64,000 bases of DNA, taken from the NCBI RefSeq assembly GCF_006345805.1, contig NC_042998.1:98952001-99016000 (forward strand), read 5' to 3'. The translations under genes were made by a program, and so were the position numbers. Each line of letters starts with the position of its first letter. Positions within the stretch are counted from its first letter, which is position 1. Below the pieces are notes generated by a model. That model was not told where the DNA came from and did not search any database. It saw only the letters and a program-made list of their open reading frames with translations. This document shows positions 35,855 to 47,604 of the stretch, piece by piece. Origin of the DNA: Octopus sinensis. Lineage: Eukaryota.

Positions 35855-35998
35855 ATCATCATTTAACGTCTGCTTTCCATGCTAGCATGGGTTGGACGAT
35901 TTGACTGAGAGCTGGCGAACCAGATGGCTGCACCAGACTCCAATCTTGATCTGGCAGAGTTTCTACAGCTAGATGCCCTTCCTAATGCCAACCACCCC
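35855..35998 (-). mobile_element. RTE 3' tip
   Basis: catcatttaacgtctgctttccatgctagcatggg... Confidence 0.75.
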
Positions 35999-36004
35999 AA
36001 TATA

Positions 36005-36188
36005 TATGTGTATAGATCGTTAGCCACTACACACATTTTTTTCTCTCCTTGTTTTTTCTGTGTCCCTTTCTGTAGAAGAGCATAGGCTCGAAACATAAAA
36101 GACTTTTTCAATTCCTGAGCGTTATACTAATACATCTGTTTGTTTTGTACACCACCTGTCTTCGTCTTTTGTTTTTTTTGTAAACTCT

Positions 36189-36202
<14 letters not shown>
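36005..36202 (+). mobile_element. Penelope-like fragment between TA tracts with a degenerate minimal hammerhead at 36066-36101
   Basis: CTTT-CTGTAGA-A-GAGC atag GCTC-GAAAC ATA-AAAG; same layout as 10121-10326. Confidence 0.5.
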
Positions 36203-36225
<23 letters not shown>

Positions 36226-36433
36226 TAATATAGCATAAAGTTGGAAGATATCAGGCTTTAATAGAAGATCTTACTGTTTTATAGTAATATTTAGAAAGTT
36301 GTTTATTTTGGCCAGTTTCACACCTATACATTGGTTTCACACCTGTATAGCTAAGCACTTTATAGGTGCAAAACCAATGGTCACTCTCTGACCAGCCATA
36401 ACACAGAACCTTATATACATACATGTATATATT

Positions 36434-36476
<43 letters not shown>

Positions 36477-38256
36477 GAGAGAGAGGGATAAAACCTTATT
36501 TAAGTCATATACAATATGATCTATAAATATATATTTAGTCATGCGGTAAATATATAAGCTGTGAAAGCAATGACAATAAACGACACTGAGTGGTGACATG
36601 CAGTTTTGAAGAAGACCTGTTTACTGGTGCAAAAATGATTAAATTATTGTCAAAATGGCAGTGGTGATGGTAGTGATGGTGATGGTGGTGTGGTGCAAAT
36701 TGGAATGCAGAGTATATCTATATTAAGTCTCACACTTCTTATTGCCTTTTTTGTATTAAGAAGAATATCCAGCCATAGAAACCATGCCAAAAATGGAATT
36801 TACAAGGGAAACACATTCCTCTAACACATCTACTATAGCACTAACTCCAATAAGAACTGACTGAGAACATGGTAACCCATCCAATTTATGGTAAAATACA
36901 AAGTAGATATGAAATTATTGATGAGGATGATGATGACGACTTGCACTTTATAAACCATTCTAGCATAAACAATTCTGAATGAAATATCCTAATTCAAAGA
37001 GCCTCTCCTGAAAATTTCAGGTCAGCATTGACAGAATAGACTCCTCAAATGTCATTTTTTTTAAGGCAGTGGGTTGAAATGGAAAGGAAATTTGGTTGTT
37101 ATTTCTAGTGTGTCAAATAATCACATAGATCAGAGAAAGGTTTGTTTTTTTTTCTGCTAAATACTATAGTGCTATAGAAGTTAGTATTAAGTCACTCCTA
37201 TACAGGCTCCATCAGCTGGACCAGACATGCTGTCTTTTCTCTCTGCTTTTTCTATTGCTACTACAATGTAATAAGCTACTCTTATGTAACTGCCACCCGA
37301 AAGTGCCTTGCTCACCTGTCTCCTCTCTTCTCATTCCTTATTTTGGGTTCTAGTACACCCCACCCTTCAGGCTCTGCACTAACTTCTACACCCAGTCTTC
37401 CTCTACAAAACTTTGGTTATCTGAAAATCTCTCCTAGCACATGTCTTACTGATCATGGAGAGCCTATGAAGGCCAAGCAAATTAAAAAAAAAAGTGATAA
37501 GCACTGATGTAAGGGAACTTCATGATTTTGTGAGAAAATTTGGCAGATTAGCAAGCATGAGATAAAATACTTGTGTCTTATTTCCAGGTTAATTGATCTA
37601 CAGATAGTACCTATGAAGAAACGTGTCCTTCCTGGTTGTCATATTCACTATATAATCAGTCACTCATTTATTCTATGAGCTCATAGTTATAGATAGCACA
37701 CCAAAATACATAATTATCTCATCATATGTTTCAGTTTTTTGTTTCCCAGAAACTGAACATATTTGTCATAACTATTTTTTCTCTGTTCATGCCATCAATT
37801 TTTCATTCCTTTCTTACCTTACAAGCAAATTATTCCAGTATAGATAGAAAACAGTGATAAAATGGCTTTCAAGGTAAGCATTAGGTTGTTAATAGGACAG
37901 CATAATTTTGTGTTTGGCATCATTAAAGTTTTTTTTTTCGTTTCTTTTTTTTTTCTTAAAATGATGAGAATGACGTGTGCATGTATGTGTGAAAATTAGG
38001 TGTAGTAAAATGAATCTGTAAATTTATCAAGTCTATTTCTTCTGAATTTTATCGGACAACTTTATCAAGGAATGTATGCACCAGAATTTTTCACTGGCTC
38101 AGCTCTCTAAAGATTGTTTGTGATATGCTAAATTTCACATAGATGTGTAAAAATTAATTTTTAGTTTTCATATAACTGTTTTAAGCAAGATTAAGTTATT
38201 GCAGAATGTCAATCAAGTTCAAATTGCCATACATGTTTCTCTCTCTTTCTCTCTAC

Positions 38257-38300
<44 letters not shown>

Positions 38301-38339
38301 ACGTGTATATATATATATATATAATATATATATATATAT

Positions 38340-38790
38340 CATCATCATCATCATTGCTATTGCCATCGTCGTCATTTAAGATCTGCTTTCCATGCTGGCA
38401 TGGGTTCAATGGTTTGACTGAGAACTGGCAAGCCAAGAGGCTGCACCAGGCTCCAATTTGATTTGGCAAGATTTCTACAGCTTGATGCCCTTCCTAATGC
38501 CAACCACTCCAAGAGTGTAGTGGGTGCTTTTTATGTGCCACCAGCACGGGTGCCAGTCAGGCAGCACTGGCATCAGCCATGCTTGAAAAGTGCTGTTTAC
38601 GTGTCACCGGCATTGGTGCCAGTCAGGTGGCACTGGCATCAGCTCTGACTACGATTTCACTTGGTTTAGCAGGTCTTTACAAGCACGGCATATCACCCAA
38701 CAATTGAAGGGTACTTTTAAATGGGCCAGTTATGTGACACTGGCATCTGTCACAACTATGATCTCACCCAGCCTGCCAGGTCCTCTCAAG
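38340..38790 (-). mobile_element. RTE LINE 3'UTR
   Basis: (cat)n, ttccatgctggcatggg, gatgcccttcctaatgccaacc, modular gtgccac units. Confidence 0.75.
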
Positions 38791-38796
38791 TATGAC

Positions 38797-38829
<33 letters not shown>

Positions 38830-38849
38830 AGCTATTGCAAGCAGTAATA

Positions 38850-39317
38850 GGGCTTCAAAAGCTTTGACGTGATTTTTTACAACTAACCACTGCTATGGCC
38901 CTCTACTAAGAAAGCCTATTGCTCAATATTACGCATTGGAACTTGCAAAAAGTATTGAACATGTATCAAAAGAGTAGCTAGAGGTGCAAAACGTGTTGGT
39001 GAATGAGCCATTTTGCTCTCTCCCACCAAAATAACACATTAACGTGTAAAACAGAGCAATTAAGGCATGAACAAAAGTTCAGCAACACATGTGCACATAA
39101 GGTAACTTTATATCTATGACCCCTATCATGTGTGCAGGTCACAGGGTTAATTTCTTTGCCATGACCTAGCTCTGACATGTGTATAAAATTTGAGGTCAAT
39201 CGGACATTGAATGTGGATTCTATAAAAAACATAAATGTCTACGCACACACAGACACACTTATACACTGACACACACACACACACACACATAAACTCAATC
39301 TTATATATATTATAGAT
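38850..39317. mobile_element. Possible non-autonomous Helitron/Helentron-like element
   Basis: Ends aaatttgaggtcaatcggac...(ca)n...cttatatatattatagat, resembling HINE/DINE-1-type termini. Confidence 0.35.
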
Positions 39318-39559
39318 GGGTGTGTACGTAAAAATGTATGTATGTATATATCTTAAGCAGTTGTTATAACTTAGCTAAGAATCTCTGGTGTAACAGTTTG
39401 TGTGGTTTTCTTCAAAGTAACAGTTTAGGGTTCAGTCTCCTAATCTAATCTAATTTAGATGTAGTTTAAATTAATTACTACAGAAATGATAAATTAATAA
39501 TAACTAACAGACACTGCTTGCTTGCCCGTCAAAGATGATGATAATGATGATTCATGACA

Positions 39560-40255
39560 TTCATCCTCCTCTACCACCAGCACATTGTTTTTCTTGGGAT
39601 TGGCTGTGGCTGACAAGACTGGTACAAGATAAGCAGATCCTGTGGCACTAAGAGCACTAAAAGTGACCCCAAACAACAGTTGCAGGGGGTTGATGATGAT
39701 GTCCTCCTCGCTTCTTCATGCAGTCTCCTGCATTTGATTTCAAAACACTCTATTCTTGCATCACACACAGATCTCTATGCCTTCCAATTAACAGTGAAAG
39801 GCTCCAACAAATTGGGAGGGACACTGCATAAAATGAGAGACTGCTTGACATGATCAAGGATATGAAGTTTTGAACGTCCATGAGGCCTTCTTCCAGTCTT
39901 CATCTTGTTGAAGCAGACTATCTTTTGGAGCTGGTTACCCAACATCCAAATCACATGTTCAACCCAATGGAGAAGATGACAAAAGATTCAGGCCTCAAAG
40001 CTGTAGATCTCAGCTCTCGGGAAGATTTCGGTATGAGGCACCTTGTCCTTCCATGTGAGACTGAGGGCACTTAGGAATGATCTGATATTGAATGCTTCCA
40101 GTTGGCTGATCTGGTGCTAATAAAAGGTCCAGTTCACAGACCCATGCTGACTGACAGATTGTAATATCAATAATGGTCCTTTTACAGTTATTGAAGTCAG
40201 GCAATATTAAGCCTAGTTTGTACTAAGATGGTTGACCCAATAGAGAAACTAGATA
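39560..40255 (-). pseudogene. Old RTE/BovB-like LINE ORF2 C-terminal relic
   Basis: Minus strand HVIWMLGNQLQKIVCFNKMKTGRRPHGRSKLHILDHVKQSL...SVCDARIECFE; resembles GHVIRM..RLPK....G.R..GR. Confidence 0.6.
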
Positions 40256-40949
40256 TTTCTGTCTACAAGAACAATAAAACATTTTGCATTTATTTTACCA
40301 TAAATGAATTAAGGATTCTCAGGTTTGACTTCAAATTAAATCGTGTCAATTCAGTAGGTCACTTTTCTATAGACAATAAATTAGTAGCCAAATTTTATAA
40401 TGAGCTGAAGCTTTTATAAAAGTCAAAGTGACAGGTCCAGTATAGATAGAATATATATATATATATATATATATATAATGCCAGATTTATTGATGGTTAA
40501 CCTACAAGAAAGTCGTTTTCAAGGCAACATCTGGCAGTTTGAAAGAATAGCAAAGATAACCAAAAAAGAAAAAATCTTTGTTTCAGTAACTTATACTTCC
40601 TGCTCTAGAAAAAATAATTACTTGGATATAAATATATATATATATGTATATATATTTAATTCTGTTTTGTAAATATTATTTTCTGTTTTTATAATAAATT
40701 AATTTGCTGTTTCTGAATATTAATCTCTACTGCCAGTTTATCAAACTTTATTCAATGATAAACAAGAAATAGTTGTCAGAAGCGGGGGGGGGGGGGGGGA
40801 ATGAGTGGAGAAAAAGAAGTTAAGAAAGAAAACATAAATGCAACAGTAATATTACTTAAAAAAATAGATAAATAAATCAGAGAAGAAAAGCCACCCCTAG
40901 CCCCGAAAATCCAGTTAAACAGAGACAATACTGTCCTGTCAATGAAATG

Positions 40950-41260
40950 GGGGCAAGTGCGCTAGCATGTGGCGAATACGCATGCGCTCGGTTGTCCCGC
41001 CAGCGGAGTTGCTCCAATAGCTGAGTTGTTATGCGTCATCATTGGTTGTTGGATAACGCATTCAGATTGGAGTGAATTTTGTTAAGAGGGTTTTACTTCT
41101 CATTCTTTCTTACTATATATCTTATCTCTCTCTCAAACTTTTCTCATTTTCATTTACGATATCTGTTTCGTGGTGAGAAACTTTTTCCACGCACGCACAC
41201 ACACTTGCGTGTGTTTGTGAAAGGAGTACGAATAATTCAAAATAATATTTTCTTTCCGTC
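40950..41260 (+). promoter_or_regulatory. Probable CpG-retaining Pol II promoter and 5'UTR
   Basis: ACGCATGCGC (NRF1-like, 40978-40987), CCAAT 41014-41018, ATTGG 41041-41045 and 41066-41070, TGCGTCA 41032-41038; no TE similarity recognised. Confidence 0.6.
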
Positions 41261-41311
41261 ATGTCACTAGAAACAAAACTCACGATACCAGAATTCGAAC
41301 TTTGGATAAAG
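41261..41311 (+). CDS. Probable first coding exon, MSLETKLTIPEFELWIK (phase 0); gene unidentified
   Basis: ATG at 41261, 17 open codons, consensus donor AAG|GTAAGT at 41312. Confidence 0.55.
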
Positions 41312-44300
41312 GTAAGTTGAAGAAAAAAAATATATATTTATTTGATTTGGTTTTTACCGAAAAATCAAACCATAAATTTTATTAGTTTAAAGGCTTATGA
41401 TAATAAGAGTTGTGACTTTTATACCTTTCTAGTATATTTTTTTTTCTTTCTTTTTTTTTTTCAACGTTTATAAATGAAAGTGAATTATATTTTTTTTATT
41501 TTTCGGTTTCCGTATGTGATGCGATTGTCTGTTTCAAAACTTTTTTTTTTGTAATTTTTATAGCATATAGTTTACTGTCTTCAAACATTACTTGTGCGCT
41601 GTTTAAGTTTATCCTGCGTGTATGTGTGTATATATATATATGTGCGTGTGTGTGTTTGTGAACATTTCCAGGTATATAATCTTACCTCTAGGCTTTTAAA
41701 ACTTTTTTCCACACTGATTTGTTAACTATGGCTTTATGTAGTTATTAGAAAACACACACACTTCTGTGTGTGTGTGAAACTGTAATCAAAGATTTTGAGT
41801 TTTTAAAAAAAATTTAAAGATTCAAAGTTTTAAAAGTAGTCTGAAAAGTGAAAATTTTAAATCATACACATATACTTCTGGTTATTTCATCGAAAATATA
41901 TATTTTTCTTTTTTGCATTCCTCAATTCATTTTGTGATTAGTTAAACTGACACGCAGTTTATTCATTCCTTTAGAACTCCGTTAAAGAGGACCAGCCTAT
42001 ATCCATTAGGCCTTACTTCTATAAAAACAAATGTGTGCTGATTTTTAGCTATTACTTAATTGTTGCTCTCTTTAATTTGTGAATTTATTCCAAAATATTT
42101 ACTGACAGAACTGTTAAAGGACGTAACTATAAAGTAATACACCTTCCATACGGTTTAAGTATGCACTATCTAATAAGTATTTGTTGTGCTTATTTGGGGA
42201 CAAGAAATATTGGCAGGGCTTGTCACATTGTCACATACTAGACATTTCGACGTCGCGATAACATCGTTCGCGTCCCCATGAGAGAACTCAATTCGGTCTT
42301 ACTTAGATCAGGTGAGCTTGTATGAGCAAATGACACCTGGCAACGTAAATGACAATGTCGTCGTTCTTATCTACTGACACTTGTCGACACATGAATGTGC
42401 TTCTGATGACCTGCGTTTTTTTTTTTTTTTTCCCTCATCAGAAACCAACTCTACTTTTTAACCGTTTTAAGTAGATTTTTATTTTTTACTTTTGGGTCAC
42501 TTTGTTATTATAGTATTTTTAATTTAAACGAAATCTGATTTATTGAAAATAATATTGTCCCGTTAAAACAATCAGCTAATAAAACAATTCAACACTTGTA
42601 TGAACGTGTACAAGTAAGCATACACACGTGTGTGAGACTAAAATCTGTTAGATTACCCTCTATTTTACGCGTTGCACCGAAACCTAACTCCCTTTCATTT
42701 TCCTTATTTCATCTCTATTCTCAAATCTAAATCCCAGTGCTGTTTTCTAAAGATTTTGACAGCACTTTTTTTTAGGTAAAATTATTTAGGATTGAATAGG
42801 GTTTGTACACAGACACTTTATAAGCGAGCTTTTGGGATCTCAATGTTACCACGCTTTCTGTCCCTACCCACTCCTTAATCGTACTTATAAATAAAAAGGC
42901 GCCAAGTCTGGTTCTATCTCCAGATGGTTTTCTTGTAAAAAAGAAACAAGCAAGTTATTCTCAAAATATATATTCTAATTGTCTCTAAGATAATGATAAA
43001 AAGTTACGTAGCAAAATTATCCATACCAACTGTTGTCTTTTGTTTTTTGCTTAAGGGTCTCCAACGAAACCAATTTACTAGGAGCTTTTTAGTTTTTACA
43101 AAAATTTCCCCTAAAATACTTTATTATAATCCCATTTAGACATTAAGCAATTGTTGGGCTAATTATGTTGACTGGCTTGGCACCAGGATGTTACTGATTA
43201 TTTCATTTAACTAATTTCATTTAAAAAAAAAAACAATTTAGTTCGAGCATTTAAAAAAAATAAAATTTAAGCTTATGTTATCAATTACACTCTATGCTTT
43301 GTCAGATTTCGATATTTTATTTGAGGTTTTCTTAAATTATAAAAAAGAGTTTCATTTATATCCTGCCCGTCAGGACATTTGTATTACATGGGAAACATTG
43401 GCATCTCTCTAATGGAACTGACCTATAATCTAAGACGCTCCAGTCAGGACCATATCGTTTTTATTTTGTATATTCATGACTACGTTTTCCACTACATCTT
43501 TAAGACGATAGGATATAATTTGAGGGAGAGCTCATTGCTATTTCTTACACTGGATGGGTTTATAGATTGTTGGTAACTCCCAGGAGAGTTTTGATTCGAG
43601 CACACCTATAAGCGAAGGCGTTCCAGCCAATTTGTCCTCTCATCTTTACGCAGATTTAGGAGTTCATCGTCGCTGTACCTTTCTCCTTTTCATGATGATA
43701 GATGTAATTTGAGGGAGATTTAGCTTATATCTCTTGTACGACTAGTAGCTACATAGAAGCTGTGGCATTGGTTCCTTTCGATTGATGCAGATCAGGCCGG
43801 CAAATGTGTTGGTATGTTCCTGAGCACTTGGCGGGTATTTTGCCTGCTAACAGTGAAGACGAAATGTTTTATACTATTCACTTTTACCCTTAGAGTTTAT
43901 TTTGCATTCGAATGAAAGAAATATCTGGTAACTTGGATGATTGCCATTAACAAGGGCGCCGGGGCATTACTTGCTGGTACTTGCCTTATTTCCATAAACA
44001 AGGGATCTCTGGCACATTGCATTACTTTCACTGGGTGAAAATGCAAAGGTTGTCTTAAAGTTTCACAGCAGTTTCGGAATGTCCGACCTTCCCTATTTTT
44101 GTGTTATATTGGCAAGCAGACGATTTTTATTTTCCCCGCCATTTTCTTATTTGAATGCATTTTTTGACACCCATTGCCAGTATTTCTCTAACATTAACGA
44201 TGTTTAAAATAATTATATCGCTCAGTATCGCTTAAAACATATATTTAAACATTTGTTAAAGCATGGTTATGCTGTAAATATAATATTTTAAACAGTTAGA

Positions 44301-46344
44301 AGGAAGGTCTGTAAAACGCCCAGATTAGTGACAATATTTTCTGTCCTTTCCCTAATAGTGGACAGGTGTTGTGAATTTATTATCTGGTTTGTGTTCACGT
44401 ACGTTAGCGAAAGTTACTTTTACCATAAATATATAGAATTCTTACATAATTATGTAATTTATTCACCATAATACGTCGAATAAATAATTTTCTGACGAAC
44501 TGAAAACAGTATATTGTCAGCAGACGATTTCTCAAAAGCAACAAAATCCAAAAGCTATATTCTCGAAGGAATTGCACTACACTCTATCCTCTTGAACATT
44601 CATATAAATTATTTGGAGAATAAGGTTATTAAAATTCAAAGCTTCAAAATTCATTAAGAGCAAAGTTAACGATTTCAATCTATGCTCATATGACCTAAAC
44701 TATACAACATGATTCTAAGCGAGGGTAAATTCATTAAATTTATACTATTTTTTGGCAAGGAACCTAGTGGGTGGTGGGGAGAAAACCTAATATCTTCCTT
44801 TGGCAAATTTACCCAAGACGTGCATCCTGGATATTGAGGACATTTTTATCAATCATCTGTGCTTTTTTCCCTTTTATTTTGTACTCTTTGCATACATTTG
44901 TAATATTGCCCCCTCCCTCCTCCAGTATATAATCTTTTTATCAAAAGAAGAATATGAAGTTCAAACTCTGCAAAAATGAATGACATGGTTGTTTGAATTG
45001 GACATCTAAGATTACAAGAGTTCTAAAACCATTAATCCCTTCAACAGAGATGAGTAACTTTTATTGTCTACACAAAGATATACCACAAATGACATTGCCA
45101 ACAGCATACATATACAGAGTGAAAAAAAACACATCCAATAGTGAAGTCTTGTAGTGGTTAACATTGCAAAATTTAAATTTAAACACTTTACTGTAACTAT
45201 TTTACTTTAACTGGCCTGGTTTTGTTCAACATCTTCCCAAACTAAATCAAGCTGCTTATAGTCTCAACTGTATTGAAATTTTACTTTGACAGTGTACTTT
45301 AAAATATTTCATCTAGACTACTTGTAGCTGTGTCAAAGTCAAATGTAGCCAGCTTCCAGTATGAGCCAACAAAGGACAGTACCATAGTGAGGAGTGGGGC
45401 AGTTTACCCTGGGTTTGCCCTTTTATGGAGACGGCTCTTTTGGGTCTGCTATATATGCAGGTGAAGGGATGGCAAACTCAAAGGCAGCATACACTTTGGC
45501 TATGCCACTGACAAGAGAGTCTCTGTTTTTGTTTGATTTGGAAAAAATAACAAAATCTTCCTTAAATCATTCTGTACCACTTAAAAACAAAAGACGCATA
45601 ATAGAAAGTAATTTTTGGTATACAAGACTGGATGATCACAGTTGACTTGGAGCTAAATGACTGTCCAAGTGGTGTTAGTTAGCCTTGGCTTGAGCCACTG
45701 CAAGTTTATCCATTGTCCATATGACCTATCTGACTATCCAGTGTAGTTTTGCTTCTGATTGCCATGGTGTACACTTGATGTATAGTAGTTAAGAAACTCT
45801 GTCAGAAAAGAAGTAAAGTATCAGTATATTCATATTTTATGATTAAAATATCCATGTACTTTTTCAGTTTTTCTTATCTTGAAATAATCAACCATTTGAT
45901 TATTGTTTATCCATCCCAAACCCACTTTTCTCCTATCACCTACCACTGATTAAAGTCATGTGACATAGCTGTCAAGAGAAACCAAAAATCATGATGTACA
46001 TGACTACAAAAGCTTAACACCAACCATGCCATAGTAGCTATCTCTTAAAATTATCTAATGAGTGTCAGATTATTTATTTATTTTTTTGCAATTTTCTAAG
46101 TTTATTTACCTGGGTAGAAAGATAATGTGCTGTGCAGAAGAGCACAGTCAGTTAAATTTATTGGTTGATATTTTATTGACTCCTGTGGAATTTGAACTCA
46201 GAACTTGGTTGAAACTAAATATTAGCTAACCTGCAACTGTAAGTGACTATATGTAATATATGTGATACTTCAGTTTGTCAACACCATTATAATAAACCAA
46301 TAGATCTAAAAGTTAGTGATATTTTATTAAACCCCTCTAAAATC

Positions 46345-47604
46345 TCATCGTTTAATGTCCACTTTCCATGCTGGCATGGGTTGGACGGTTTGACTGAGGA
46401 CTGGCAAGCCAGAAGGCTGTACAAGACTCCAATTTGATCTGGCAAAATTCCTACAACTGGATGCCTTTCCTAATGCCAACCACTCCGAGAGTGTAGTGGG
46501 TGTTTTTTACATGCCACCAGCACGGGAGCCAGTCAGGCAGCACTGGCAATGCCCACGCTCGAATGGTGCTTTTCACGTGCCACTGGCTTGAGATCAGTCA
46601 GGCAGCACTGGCATCAACCATGCTTGAATGGTGCTATTTACATTCCACTGGCACGGGTGCCAGTCAGGCGGTACTAGCATTGGCCATGACAGTGATTTCA
46701 CTTGACTCGACAGGTCTTCGCAAGCACAGTTTATTGCCCAATGATTGAAGGGTACTCTTAAATGAGCCAGTTATGCTGCACTGGCATAGGCCACAGTTAC
46801 GGTCCCACTAGGCTTGCCGAGTCTTCCCAAGCACATTTCTCCAAAGGTCCCGGTCACTCGTCATTGCCTCCATGAGGCCCAACATCCAAATGTCAAGCTT
46901 CACCACCTCATCCAGGTCTTCCTGAGACTACCTCTTCCACAGGTTCCTTCTACTGTTAGGGTGTGACACTTTTTCATACAGCTGTCCTCATCCATACACA
47001 ACACATGACCATACCAGTGCAGTTGTCTCTCTTGCACACCACATCTGATGCTTCTTATGTCCAACTTTTCTCTCAGGCCACCACTTAACCTCTGACATGT
47101 ATGCACACTGACATTACACATCCAGCAAAGCATACTAGCTTCATTTCTTGCAAGCTTATGCATGTCCTCAGCAGTCACGGCTGTTTGCACACATGCATCA
47201 TACAGTCTACCTTTTACTCTGAGTGAGAGGCCCTTTATTACTAGCAGAGGTAGGAACTCTCTGAACTTTGCCCAGGCTATTCTTATTCTAGCAGCTACAC
47301 TCAGAGCAACCGCCCTCACTACTAACTTGGTGAAGTAGGTAATGGAAGTAGTCTCCCCCCCCCCAGCATGTAACAAGCTGTTTTCTGCACATTTTCAGTG
47401 TTCATTGCCCTTGAGCATTTGCCACACATAAAATCTATCTTCCCAGTCAGCCTTCCTTTGATATTGCTGCACCTCTTATGTGTCCATAGCTTACACTGGG
47501 TACATCTTATGGAGTTTCTACCTATGCCTTTTCTACAGATTGAGCAGGGCCATCTACCTGAAGAGATTTGTGATTTGTCTGCCCTCTTACTTATTAAGAC
47601 TTTG
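46345..47604 (-). mobile_element. 5'-truncated RTE LINE
   Basis: RIRIAWAKFREFLPLL...RQLHWYGHVLCMDED...GRGSLRKTW plus modular 3'UTR; same family as 1828-3328. Confidence 0.9.

Noticed and set aside
42300-42443. C/D snoRNA candidate, and a 9-bp hairpin ttctgatga/tcatcagaa with a poly-T loop
   Set aside because: No properly placed RUGAUGA plus CUGA pair with a terminal stem; a short inverted repeat like this can arise by chance.
45394-45645. 83-aa ORF as exon 2 of the 41-kb gene
   Set aside because: No convincing splice sites or recognisable motif; no ATG start.
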